A DNA stretch of 63,910 bases, the filler included, from Octopus bimaculoides (lineage: Eukaryota), in NCBI RefSeq assembly GCF_001194135.2. It is 4 parts of 4 records of this genome, joined end to end, with 100 filler letters (N's around TTAATTAATTAA, not from the genome) between each part and the next. Parts side by side here need not be neighbours in the genome. Positions count along the whole stretch, not along the records: positions 1 to 28,225 come from NC_068999.1; positions 28,326 to 42,055 come from NC_068989.1; 2 more parts are not named here. One strand, given 5' to 3'. Below, piece by piece: positions 27,459 to 39,968 of the stretch (within the stretch, counting starts at the first letter, position 1; the number at the start of each line of letters is the position of its first letter). A program made the translations under genes and the position numbers. Under the pieces are notes generated by a model that saw only the letters and a program-made list of their open reading frames with translations, ran no database searches and was not told the origin of the DNA.

Positions 27459-28225
27459 ATGTATCTATCTATCTATGTATCTATCTATCTATGTATCTAT
27501 CTATGACTCTCTATCTATCTATCTATCTATCTATTTATCTATCTATCAATCTGTCTGTCTGTCTGTAAGTATGTATGTATGTACACTCAGATTTTGAGGA
27601 AGTAATATCCACCTAAAATACACTTATTTTTCCTAACAATATACAGATCATTGCATCTTTTAATGTTATAATTATTGATGATTTTTAAATATTGTTATAT
27701 GGAAACATATATATGTATGCAGAAACTTTTTCTTCTTTTTGTTCCGATATTTTGGGGTTATTTCGTTGATTTTGGCGGTTCCTTTTATACTCTTATAGCT
27801 ATATGTTTTCATTTTCTAAGCTGCACTACTTTTCCAATTGTAATACAAATTAAACGAACCAAGCATCATTATAATTCTTCTTGTCCATTTTCTTTTATTG
27901 ACTCTTTAATGTTATATATATATATATAATATGGTGCTGATATTTGGGCTGTCTAGATTTCAATTTACCAAGTAACAAAATGTTTATGCATTGCATATAT
28001 ATATAGTTTTAAACAAAGATATAGCGCACTGTGCAGTCAAATGTGATATGCGAAATGACTTCTCTCACCGGTACTTGAGCACGGCAAATATGATGATAGA
28101 GTATCTGGCTGCGGTAATGTATATTACGATGGTGAGTTTGGAAATTGTGATTATGAAAATGTAGGCCTAATGGTCGAATTTGGACTCCTATGTCTTCACG
28201 CTTCTATATATATATATATATATAT

Positions 28226-28325
28226 NNNNNNNNNNNNNNNNNNNNNNNNNNNNNNNNNNNNNNNNNNNNTTAATTAATTAANNNNNNNNNNNNNNNNNNN
28301 NNNNNNNNNNNNNNNNNNNNNNNNN
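28226..28325. other. Artificial scaffold-join spacer N44-TTAATTAATTAA-N44
   Basis: Exactly 100 nt, with a central 12-mer that places stops in all six frames. Identical copies occur at 42056 and 62111. Confidence 0.95.
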
Positions 28326-29333
28326 TATATATATATATATATATAGACATGTCTGTGTGTATATATATATATATATGTATATATATATGTATATATACAT
28401 ATATATGTGTGTATATACATATATATATACCTATGTATATATATATATACACACATACAGTTAGGCGGAGAGGAAGACACATACATATACACAAACGCAT
28501 AGCTATACGCATGTTACTCAAATATACATGTATGTGTATATGTATGTATGTATATTTGTATGACTCTACCTATGTATCTGTCTATCTATGTGTCTGAGTA
28601 TGGATATGTATGTATATTATATGTGTGTACGTGTGTGAATATTTGGAAATTCACTTACGCAGATACAAAGAAAGGGAGAGAGAGAGACAGAGAGAGAGCG
28701 AGAGAGAGAGAGAGAGAGGGAGAGAGAGATAGAGAGAGATCGAAGCAAAGGCAGATAGAGAGGGGGCTACGAAGATTAGCTTGGTTGGAGTATGAAGGCA
28801 GCCGATCGAGACACAGATTAATATGCAGATATACAGACACATTTTGATGTATTGATATGCTTCTCTCTGTCTCTGCGTCTCTGTCTCTGCCTCTCTGTCT
28901 ACCCTTTAGAAATTGAGAGAGAGACAGAGAGAGAGAGAGAAAGGGGAAGTGAGTGATAGAGAAAAAAAATGGATGATGAACTAAAAAAAATTGAGAGAGA
29001 AAGAGAGAAATCTATAGAATGTTGGCGGGACAGACTGATATGTAGAGAAGCGGTCTGATATACACAGAGGAGGTGAGTGCACACTGGATCATACCCAGAC
29101 TGGCACACATATGCACCAACATAAATAGACACAGGCATATGCATACGGACGGACAGACGGTCAGCCGGGCAGCCAGGCAGGCAGACAGGCAGGTAGGCAA
29201 ACTGCCATGGCGTACAATCATTATCGGTCGCAAGGAAATGAAAACTGCATATCTAATTGCTTTCATTAGTCTCTTTAAGTATACCGTATATTGTGTGTGT
29301 GTGTATGTATACATACATACATACATACATACT

Positions 29334-29368
<35 letters not shown>

Positions 29369-30465
29369 GCATGTGTTTGTTTATGTGTGTAGGTGTGTGT
29401 ACATATATATATCTGAATGTATATATATACATATATAAATACATATATACATNNNNNNNNNNNNNNNNNNNNNNNNNNNNNNNNNNNNNNNNNNNNNNNN
29501 NNNNNNNNNNNNNNNNNNNNNNNNNNNNNNNNNNNNNNNNNNNNNNNNNNNNNNNNNNNNNNNNNNNNNNNNNNNNNNNNNNNNNNNNNNNNNNNNNNNN
29601 NNNNNNNNNNNNNNNNNNNNNNNNNNNNNNNNNNNNNNNNNNNNNNNNNNNNNNNNNNNNNNNNNNNNNNNNNNNNNNNNNNNNNNNNNNNNNNNNNNNN
29701 NNNNNNNNNNNNNNNNNNNNNNNNNNNNNNNNNNNNNNNNNNNNNNNNNNNNNNNNNNNNNNNNNNNNNNNNNNNNNNNNNNNNNNNNNNNNNNNNNNNN
29801 NNNNNNNNNNNNNNNNNNNNNNNNNNNNNNNNNNNNNNNNNNNNNNNNNNNNNNNNNNNNNNNNNNNNNNNNNNNNNNNNNNNNNNNNNNNNNNNNNNNN
29901 NNNNNNNNNNNNNNNNNNNNNNNNNNNNNNNNNNNNNNNNNNNNNNNNNNNNNNNNNNNNNNNNNNNNNNNNNNNNNNNNNNNNNNNNNNNNNNNNNNNN
30001 NNNNNNNNNNNNNNNNNNNNNNNNNNNNNNNNNNNNNNNNNNNNNNNNNNNNNNNNNNNNNNNNNNNNNNNNNNNNNNNNNNNNNNNNNNNNNNNNNNNN
30101 NNNNNNNNNNNNNNNNNNNNNNNNNNNNNNNNNNNNNNNNNNNNNNNNNNNNNNNNNNNNNNNNNNNNNNNNNNNNNNNNNNNNNNNNNNNNNNNNNNNN
30201 NNNNNNNNNNNNNNNNNNNNNNNNNNNNNNNNNNNNNNNNNNNNNNNNNNNNNNNNNNNNNNNNNNNNNNNNNNNNNNNNNNNNNNNNNNNNNNNNNNNN
30301 NNNNNNNNNNNNNNNNNNNNNNNNNNNNNNNNNNNNNNNNNNNNNNNNNNNNNNNNNNNNNNNNNNNNNNNNNNNNNNNNNNNNNNNNNNNNNNNNNNNN
30401 NNNNNNNNNNNNNNNNNNNNNNNNNNNNNNNNNNNNNNNNNTCTCTATATATCTCTCTCTCTCTC

Positions 30466-30510
<45 letters not shown>

Positions 30511-30835
30511 ATCTGTCTGCCCGTCTTTATGTCTGCACGTATGTATGTATGTCTGGATGTATATGTGTGTGAGTGCGTATCTGAGCCGATGTACCAATAT
30601 ACCCATATTCACTCTACTCCTGGAGGCTGATTTGAAAACGCTGTCCCGTGTCCCTGGGTAGTTAAACCCGTGACAGGTTCAAGTCGTATTTAGTGCTAAG
30701 TCTGTTAACATTACTCGCTTAACTCCGGAGAAACTGCGGCCCTTAAGGCGCGTAGGCTCGTCACGGTTTTTATAGCCACTGATACACACACATACATACA
30801 CACCCACACACACCCATGTGAGGTATACGTATGTG

Positions 30836-30878
<43 letters not shown>

Positions 30879-32216
30879 NNNNNNNNNNNNNNNNNNNNNN
30901 NNNNNNNNNNNNNNNNNNNNNNNNNNNNNNNNNNNNNNNNNNNNNNNNNNNNNNNNNNNNNNNNNNNNNNNNNNNNNNNNNNNNNNNNNNNNNNNNNNNN
31001 NNNNNNNNNNNNNNNNNNNNNNNNNNNNNNNNNNNNNNNNNNNNNNNNNNNNNNNNNNNNNNNNNNNNNNNNNNNNNNNNNNNNNNNNNNNNNNNNNNNN
31101 NNNNNNNNNNNNNNNNNNNNNNNNNNNNNNNNNNNNNNNNNNNNNNNNNNNNNNNNNNNNNNNNNNNNNNNNNNNNNNNNNNNNNNNNNNNNNNNNNNNN
31201 NNNNNNNNNNNNNNNNNNNNNNNNNNNNNNNNNNNNNNNNNNNNNNNNNNNNNNNNNNNNNNNNNNNNNNNNNNNNNNNNGTCCGTGTGTGTTTATATAT
31301 GTGTATATATATATAATTTATTCATAGATTTTATCTCTATGCTTCACAAATCTTTTCTACCTAACGGTTAAATGCCGTTGGGTCTAAGCGATTTGAGAAT
31401 TGTAGAGAGATTATGGTAATGAATAAATTATGGAACTCTGTATCGTACGATGTGTACAGCACTTAACTGAATGCGGTGTTCATTGTTCGGTCACGAGTAC
31501 TTGGATTACACACACACACACACACACACATACACACGCACACACATACATACACATGCATACACACATACACACACACATATGAACATACATACACATA
31601 CATATATGTATATATGAATTTATCCAAGTTGATGGAGTGGAGCAGGTAAAATTATGCCTACATATGTTTCGTAAATAGCTGATTCTCTGATGTAGTTTTT
31701 ATTCAACGAGTGGTATTCAGCTACATACTAATGAGGCCGAAGATACCTTAATTATATAAAGTAACATTGGCGTTACGGAATTCCAAGTTAACTCGCCGAA
31801 GATATAAGTTGGAAAGCGTCGCCTAGAAATTATTATTGCTCGTGGTGGGATCTTTTATTTACCTATCACGGACATCTCGAAACGTACAAGCTTCCTATAA
31901 TTATATCTTTGGTTCTTATAATTACATATCGATGATATATACGATTAAACATATAAAAGTTATATAATATACATATATAAGCATATGAATACGTATATAT
32001 ATATATATCTATATATACATATACATACATGTGTGTCTGTGTTTGTGTGTACGTGTGTGTCTGTATACATTTATGGATGTATCATTGTATCGAGAAAACC
32101 GTTGGTCACAGTACACTACCTCGCATTGTTGTAGGCTTCGAATGATGTCAACGCACTGGCTGGAAAGCAGGCCACACACACACGCACAAACACACACACA
32201 CACACACACATACACA

Positions 32217-32279
<63 letters not shown>

Positions 32280-32319
32280 ACATACATACATACATATACA
32301 GACGTAAGGATAGACACCC

Positions 32320-32359
<40 letters not shown>

Positions 32360-32699
32360 TTTAGAGCGTTTTATTCGCAAATTAATCACAGTATAGAGTA
32401 GTTATAGTCAACAGGTAAATTCTCTTACAGCTGTTTCTAGACTAAGGTACCTATGTGGATCTTATATTATTCGGTAATCATTTCCGTGTTGGTTTAGAGA
32501 ACAGAACACGACATGCAGGCTCCAACTCGGAAAATCGAGCTACATGCTGACACCCCTAAATCATACACGTGACACGACGTATCCCAGTTTCTGAGTATAG
32601 TCGTTGGTGGGTACGAAATCCAACCCCAAATAATCAATAATCTTGCAATACGTGTTCGTACGACAGTAGTTCAGGTGGCTTCTAAGGTAGGAACATGTC

Positions 32700-32870
32700 G
32701 AATTGATATCGTCAGATCCAGTGCTTCACTACTTACTCCATCGACCCGGAATGTGAAAGGCAAAGTTTACCTCGACAGTAATTGAGATCAGAAGATAAGG
32801 AGTGAGAAGAAATACACAGGCAGTTTTGTTCGACGCACTGTACACTGACGACTTTGCCAATCTACCGATT
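32700..32870 (-). mobile_element. SINE family A, diverged
   Basis: tcgacccgga..tgaaaggcaaagtttacctcgacag...agatcagaa...gaaatac. Confidence 0.6.
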
Positions 32871-33381
32871 TTAAACGTTATAATTGATAGTTAATATTAA
32901 ATGTATTAGAGTAACAGATTAAATTGCATGAGTATAATTCAATTATGTGGCTACGTGCCAAAGGTAGAAATAATTACCAGAGTTTAATTAAGCTGTTAAA
33001 TTAGCAGAAACATTGAAATACCGGTTTAGGTGTTTTGCTGTCAACAGTTATGTCCCTTAGCATTCTTAGTTCAGCTACTTTTGATGTCGACATTAAGCGT
33101 GGAGACCTCATTCGTCGCTGGTTTGTTTATTAAATAAAACAATGCACTTGGACTATATTGCAATTGATTTAATGGCATTTAATCGTTACTCTATAGAATT
33201 GTGGTCTGATGCCAATTGAAGAAATCAGCAACATTTTATTACCAACGTAAATTAGCACCAAAGATAGAACACTAGAGTAAATTAAACATTGCTGTTATAT
33301 ATTATATTCTATCTTTGACATCTGTCCAATACCTGTTGCTTTGCTCTTGTTTCTGTAGTCTTTAGTATTTCATGTTTATAT

Positions 33382-33565
33382 AAGGCGGCGGGTTTATATA
33401 AAGCGTCGAACAAGATGCGGAGCGGAGTTTCATCTGTGCTATGTTCTGGGTTCAAATTCTGCTGAGGGTGACTTCGCGTTTCACCCTTTTAAAGAGAGTC
33501 GATAAATTTATTGATACCAGTCAACTACTGGCGTTGAGGAATTCGACTTTCTCTTCTCCAAAGCA
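33382..33565 (+). mobile_element. SINE family A, diverged
   Basis: aaggcggcg...gttctgggttcaaattctgctgagggtgacttcgcgtttcacc...gtcgataaat...taccagt. Confidence 0.65.
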
Positions 33566-33793
33566 GTTCGCCCGAAGCCAAAATTTAAAAAATTATATTA
33601 ACAACGCTATAGTAGGTCAATTTCTCTTTCTGAAAATCCCAGTTTATGCAGATTCTCTTTTAAGCATTTACTAACAAAACCTAGTGCTGCAATTATTATT
33701 AGTACGAATATGAATTCATGGTCTGGATATAGAAGCTGGAGGTTTCGAAACAGTTATCCATAGACATCCCCTTTTTCTTTGATTTTCAAAGAG

Positions 33794-33824
<31 letters not shown>

Positions 33825-34569
33825 TGAGTGTGTTTGTGTCTACGTGTGTTTTTGTCTTTACGTTTGTTTTCCACCACCACTTAGTGTGTTTATGTTGGTG
33901 TCTTTATCACCCCGTAACTTGGACAGGCCAAAATTCAGAGCTCCCACATTATGCATATGTGTGTTGGTTATATATGAAAGCAAACTAAAATATTGTAAAT
34001 CAGCTAATGAGTTGCTCCATTAGAAGTAAATAGATTGGTTAGTGGGAGAGTGGAGAAGCCACAAGTCATAAGTTAGCATCATTCTGGAGAACTGGCTCAC
34101 ATGTAGCATAAAACAAGATGAAATATACAAACGTAAATAAATACATTGGATTCAATTTCTCTTTCTTTTGAATCCCATAAATTTTGAACTTTTAACTGGG
34201 GTTAACAGATACAAATCCTATTAATACCGATTATATCATTTGCCTGAAGAGGAACTTTTTAATTCTTTCCATTTAGTTCCTTATCTCTCATTCTCTCTCT
34301 ATCACACACTACCATCCTCTCACCTTTCCTCTTTTACTGGCTCCTCCACCTTCCTTGCCTTCTCTTTGCTAGACATCTTGTTCTGATACAATATCAATGA
34401 AATCAGCTGTTCTCACACCATTAGATAAAAATGTTCTCCTTTAATGCTCTACCTATTGCTCTATAACATTTGGCTTTGAGGGCTCAATACAAAATATTCA
34501 CCAAATCTATCAAATTCCTTTTGCAGTTCTTGCCGAGATTCCAGTTAGTTAGCTACATTAACTCTTTAG

Positions 34570-34700
34570 CAATAGAATAAGTACGGGACTTAAAACGATA
34601 AACAAATGTACAGGACTCGATTCATTCGACTAGAATTCCTTAAGGCGGTGCTCCAGTATGGTCGCAATCTAAAGACTGAAGCAAATGTAAGATACAAGAT
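34570..34700 (+). mobile_element. SINE family B, 3' tail fragment
   Basis: atagaataagtac...ttcgact...aaggcggtgctccagtatggtcgcaatc...gactgaagcaaa, as in the tail of the copy at 60589. Confidence 0.65.
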
Positions 34701-34914
34701 AAAATACACTCACATATTCCACGCATATACAGATACATACACACGTACACACACACACAAGCACTCATATACACACACATCTACCCTTAAACGCAAACGT
34801 ATTTATTTATGCGTCAGGCCTAGCGGCGTCCGCACTCAGGGTCTCATGTCTCCTATCCCACACACAGCTTAGCAAGATTTTGCGCCAGTAACTAGCTGAT
34901 AAGTAGCTTCCCAG

Positions 34915-35058
34915 TTTGTTGTTATCAGCTTTTGAAATGCCCCTTCTCAGTTTTCCAGTCGTCACCAAATATTCAAGGTTTTATCTTATTATACGTTGTC
35001 CAATGAACTTAGCAGTTATCTCCTCTTTATATTTGGTCGGTCGTTTGGTAGTTTCTTT
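34915..35058 (-). mobile_element. RTE LINE fragment (downstream of the RT domain)
   Basis: KETTKRPTKYKEEITAKFIGQRIIR*NLEYLVTTGKL resembles the RTE pattern RQ.KF.GH..R...LE.LVTTGK. Confidence 0.7.
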
Positions 35059-35278
35059 NNNNNNNNNNNNNNNNNNNNNNNNNNNNNNNNNNNNNNNNNN
35101 NNNNNNNNNNNNNNNNNNNNNNNNNNNNNNNNNNNNNNNNNNNNNNNNNNNNNNNNNNNNNNNNNNNNNNNNNNNNNNNNNNNNNNNNNNNNNNNNNNNN
35201 NNNNNNNNNNNNNNNNNNNNNNNNNNNNNNNNNNNNNNNNNNNNNNNNNNNNNNNNNNNNNNNNNNNNNNNNNNNNNN

Positions 35279-35589
35279 TGAGCGAAAACACCTAAAACTC
35301 CACGAGGCTCCAGCAGGGGATGGTGGCAAACCCTGCTGTACTTTTTCACCACAACTTTCTCTCACTCTATCTTCCTGTTTCTGTTGTACTTGTATTTCAA
35401 AAGTCCAGCCTTGTCACACTCTGTGTCACGCTGAATTCCTCCATAGAACTACGTTAAGGGTGCACGTGTCTGTGGAGTGCTCAACCACTTGCACGTTAAT
35501 TTCATGAGCAGGCTGTTCCGTTGATCAGATCAACTGGAACCCTCGTCGTCGTAACCGACGGAGTGCCAACCAAAAAAAAAAAAAAAAAA
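35279..35589 (+). mobile_element. SINE-like element, 3' half with poly(A) tail (family D); its head is lost in the gap
   Basis: A GC-richer, non-coding 290-bp segment ending gtaaccgacggagtgccaacc plus an A19 tail, lying inside an RTE remnant. Confidence 0.55.
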
Positions 35590-36207
35590 TTCCAGGTCAC
35601 GTAACAATACGTAAAGACGGGTCCAGTTACCTCATCTTTATATTCGATCTCCTGGCTGTTTCTTTACGTCTAAGAGTTTCAATCTTTATTACCCGATCCA
35701 TACAGGATATATATTCAGTGTCTATTTAAAGAACCACATCTCTGAGCAGTGATAAACATTTGTATTTGATCGTTATGTTCCAGGTCACGTAACCATACGT
35801 AAAGATGGGTCCCTTGTACGACACTCCGTCTCATTTTCTTACTCGTATTGATTGCTTTTTATTTGACAATATATATTTCATCTCACTGAAAGTAGCCTTG
35901 TCCTGACCAATCATTGATTCCGTCTCTTTGAAGTTTTCCTCATCTGAAGTAATAATGTTTACCAAATATTTAAAAGTATCGACTTGTTTCAAGTTGTTTC
36001 ATTAATTCTTATGTTGCAAAACAGTGGTACGTTCTTTGAAATTGTCAATATCATGTATTTGATTTTTAGTTGGTAAGACCGAAGCCCATCTTTTCACCCT
36101 CATCGTTTAAAACAGTAATTAATGTTGGTAGATTTTGCTCAGATGTTGTTATGAGAAATTGTGTCGTCTGCAGAACGGATACTGTTGATGTTTATCCTCC
36201 TACGTCT
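35590..36207 (-). mobile_element. RTE LINE reverse-transcriptase fragment (degenerate)
   Basis: Frameshifted translation NINSIRSADDT / TSEQNLPTLITVLNDEGEKMG / LKQVDTFKYLVNIITSDE..KETESMIGQDKATFSEMKYILSN / PIFTYGYVTW / EMWFFK / MDRV..ETLRR covers the YADD, KYLG and YG.ETW motifs of the RTE clade. Confidence 0.85.
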
Positions 36208-37096
36208 CAAATTTTATATTTACCCTCCTCCCCATCTCTCCCTCTCTCTCCCGTTCTCCCTCTCTTTACACAGACACACACATATATATATACCACCTCG
36301 AACCCACAAGAGTTACGTGAAACAGCGACAGACATAAACAAGGAAAATGCCCCTGGTATTTGAATACTATACAAATATGTTTTTAAAAAGACTTTTCATT
36401 TAAATTTGCCAAAATTTATTATCCATATTTACTGTTGAAAAGATCTCAAGGACCGAAACCGGTTCTGTAATGTTTTTAATAAAAGTACTTTAGCATTTTC
36501 TACTTTGTCTTTTTTCCATATNNNNNNNNNNNNNNNNNNNNNNNNNNNNNNNNNNNNNNNNNNNNNNNNNNNNNNNNNNNNNNNNNNNNNNNNNNNNNNN
36601 NNNNNNNNNNNNNNNNNNNNNNNNNNNNNNNNNNNNNNNNNNNNNNNNNNNNNNNNNNNNNNNNNNNNNNNNNNNNNNNNNNNNNNNNNNNNNNNNNNNN
36701 NNNNNNNNNNNNNNNNNNNNNNNNNNNNNNNNNNNNNNNNNNNNNNNNNNNNNNNNNNNNNNNNNNNNNNNNNNNNNNNNNNNNNNNNNNNNNNNNNNNN
36801 NNNNNNNNNNNNNNNNNNNNNNNNNNNNNNNNNNNNNNNNNNNNNNNNNNNNNNNNNNNNNNNNNNNNNNNNNNNNNNNNNNNNNNNNNNNNNNNNNNNN
36901 NNNNNNNNNNNNNNNNNNNNNNNNNNNNNNNNNNNNNNNNNNNNNNNNNNNNNNNNNNNNNNNNNNNNNNNNNNNNNNNNNNNNNNNNNNNNNNNNNNNN
37001 NNNNNNNNNNNNNNNNNNNNNNNNNNNNNNNNNNNNNNNNNNNNNNNNNNNNNNNNNNNNNNNNNNNNNNNNNNNNNNNNNNNNNNNNNNNNNNNG

Positions 37097-37203
37097 CGAC
37101 ATTTCGTCCGTCTTAATGTTTCGTGTTCAAATTCATCTTACATCTTTTCGGGGGTCGATAAACTAAGCACCAGTTGAACACCGGGGCCGATGCAATCGAC
37201 TAA
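37097..37203 (+). mobile_element. SINE family A, partial
   Basis: catttcgtccgtctt..gtgttcaaattc...ttttcgggggtcgataaactaagcaccagttgaacaccggggccgatgcaatcgact. Confidence 0.75.
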
Positions 37204-37205
37204 AG

Positions 37206-37894
37206 AGTAACAAAAATGCAGAAACATGATCTACAATGGTTGGAGCTAAGATGGAATCAACTGATAAGCACAACGGAAATAACATAAACAATAGCGGAGA
37301 TATTGTAGTTGTATGCTGTCAACTAAATGTGGCAGTCCCCTGAAGGGAATAATACTACTGTTGGTTAGACCTAGGAAGCTTCACCGCTTCCTGTCGGCCT
37401 TGACACATCCTGTGTCCTTATGTTTACAAGGGTGGGACAAGCACCTCAACCCATCTAAGCCTTCATCCAGAGACATGTTTCTGAGTCTTTGCTCGTCATC
37501 AGACTGGTGTAGCATGACCTGCTAGTCGAAGATGCCTGTCAAGCTCTTGTAAACATATAATAATTCTAGTGAAATACATTCATTGATTTCAAATTTAGAA
37601 ATAATACATGTCTCTGGAAACATGTCTCTTGATGCAGGCTTGGCTGGGTGGAGGTGCTTGTCTCCCCTTCGTAAACATAAGGACACAGGAAATGTGTCAA
37701 GGCGGACAGGAAGCGGTGCAGCTTCCTAGGTCTAACCAACAGTAGTATTATTCCCTTCAGGGGACTGTCACAGTAAGTTGACAGCATACAACTACAATAT
37801 CTCCGCTGTTGTTTATGCTATTTCCGTTGTGCTTGTCAGTTGATTCCCTCTTAGCTACAACCATTGTAGATCATATTTCTGTATTTTTGTTACT
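37206..37894. repeat. Long inverted repeat (fold-back element), arms 37206-37481 and 37617-37894
   Basis: The arms align end to end at roughly 90% identity by eye. The ORF track shows the same peptide (..SPLKGIILLLVRPRKLHRFLSALTH) on both strands. Confidence 0.95.
37467..37507 (-). ncRNA. Minimal type I hammerhead ribozyme motif
   Basis: The minus strand reads CCAGT-CTGATGA-C-GAG-caaaga-CTC-A-GAAA-C-AT-G-TC-TCTGG. It has an intact CUGAUGA/GAAA core, a GAG/CUC stem II, a palindromic ACAUGU stem III, a GUC triplet and a CCAG/CUGG stem I. Confidence 0.6.
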
Positions 37895-37899
37895 GTTCA

Positions 37900-38342
37900 T
37901 TTGTGGTTGTGTTCATCGTAGTGTCCTCGCCGTTGCTGCTGTCGTTGACGCTGTTGCAGCGGTTGCAGCTGTGGTAATTAACGCTGTTGTTGCTCCAACT
38001 GTTTTTGTCACCAATGTTGATGCACTTATTATTACGCTCCCCATTGAAGCAGTTTTTGGTGTTGCTTATGTCACCGTTCCCGTTGATGCTGCTCAGCTGT
38101 TACAGTTGCAATTTTTACTGTTGTAGCTGTTGCAATTTTTACTGTTGTAGCTGACACTGCTGCTGTTGTTGTTGTGTATATTGCTGTTGATGTTGTTTCG
38201 ATTTTTGCTTGCATCTCGACTGATGTAATTCCAACAACATGCAATTTCCTCGCGCGTCATTCAACATGCAAACGAGGAAACGACGATGTTAACAGGTTAC
38301 TGTCAAACTATCTCGTCTTGTCGTTGTTATTGTTGTTGCTAG

Positions 38343-38385
<43 letters not shown>

Positions 38386-38430
38386 ATTGCTGCGGCAGAA
38401 GCAGCAGTAGCAGTAGCGGCAGCGGTGTTG
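37900..38430. repeat. Decayed GTT/GCT triplet tract ending in a (GTT)n array
   Basis: Triplet periodicity; includes a 24-bp tandem duplication gttgcaatttttactgttgtagct near 38107-38154. Confidence 0.8.
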
Positions 38431-38691
38431 GCAACGGATGAAAGGTGTGTGGGAGAGAGCACGTGTATCTTGCACGTTTTAACTATTCTTTGTTTAAGTT
38501 AGCAAAATGGCGCCAAAATAAACCAAGAAAATTTAGGCTTTTCAGGAACACGACGACACGCGCATGCATGCATATATACACGCGTGAGTGCGAACGTACA
38601 TCCAAGCACGCGTGTGTGCATGCACAAATATGCAGCTACGCGTGCATGCACTTACAAACATGCATTTACATACCTGCATAAGTGTGTCTAT

Positions 38692-38732
<41 letters not shown>

Positions 38733-39159
38733 NNNNNNNNNNNNNNNNNNNNNNNNNNNNNNNNNNNNNNNNNNNNNNNNNNNNNNNNNNNNNNNNNNNN
38801 NNNNNNNNNNNNNNNNNNNNNNNNNNNNNNNNNNNNNNNNNNNNNNNNNNNNNNNNNNNNNNNNNNNNNNNNNNNNNNNNNNNNNNNNNNNNNNNNNNNN
38901 NNNNNNNNNNNNNNNNNNNNNNNNNNNNNNNNNNNNNNNNNNNNNNNNNNNNNNNNNNNNNNNNNNNNNNNNNNNNNNNNNNNNNNNNNNNNNNNNNNNN
39001 NNNNNNNNNNNNNNNNNNNNNNNNNNNNNNNNNNNNNNNNNNNNNNNNNNNNNNNNNNNNNNNNNNNNNNNNNNNNNNNNNNNNNNNNNNNNNNNNNNNN
39101 NNNNNNNNNNNNNNNNNNNNNNNNNNNNNNNNNNNNNNNNNNNNNNNNNNNNNNNNNNC

Positions 39160-39219
<60 letters not shown>

Positions 39220-39932
39220 ATGTATGTTAATATATGTACAGAAACACATACACATGCACATACATGGTTAATTGTTTTCTAAATAGTTTAATTACTCACG
39301 TTTCTGTTAAATAATTTAAACCGTCATGATACACACACCTGTACACCAATTATCACTTCTCCGTTCTCTCCGACAAATATCATACCTTCACTGGCTCTCT
39401 CTCTCTCTCTCTCTATCTCTCGTCCTCTCACTCACTCACTCACTTTCTCTATCTTTCTTTCTCTTCCTTTTACCCTCTTTTACTTTCCTTTGTCTTCCTC
39501 TCTATTGTCCTCTATCTTCTTCAACCGCTAATTAAGCAACATTGACAAAACGTCTTTCGCTACAATCTGAAATATCAAGATTCAAGACTATAATGATTAT
39601 ATGAATCTGGAAAGTATTCGAATTTAATAATAATTGGTATGAATTTGTTGTTGATGGATATGAACAAAACAACTCCACTGATGCGGAGTTGTTTTGTCTG
39701 TATCAAAATATATAGTGATTAAATTGCGTGTCTGTGTGTGTATGAGTAGGTTCATGTGCGTATATGTAGATGTATATGCACATACACACATGCAAGTGCA
39801 TCTGTGTGTCTGTGTGAATATACATATATATATATTAATACTATTAATAATTAACAGAATTCTACCGCAGATTATTAACTAGAAAATAATAACTATACTG
39901 ATGTTTTGAGTGGTATTTTTTATTTGTGTCAC

Positions 39933-39968
<36 letters not shown>

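Noticed and set aside
28020-28140. Open frames ending at a perfect G|GTGAGT donor
   Set aside because: The sequence looks like a decayed GAT/GGT triplet tract, the peptide is unrecognisable, and it sits next to a scaffold join.
38503-38514. CAAAATGGCGCC, a YY1-like motif in a CpG-containing stretch
   Set aside because: It is a single short motif with no other promoter evidence or downstream gene.
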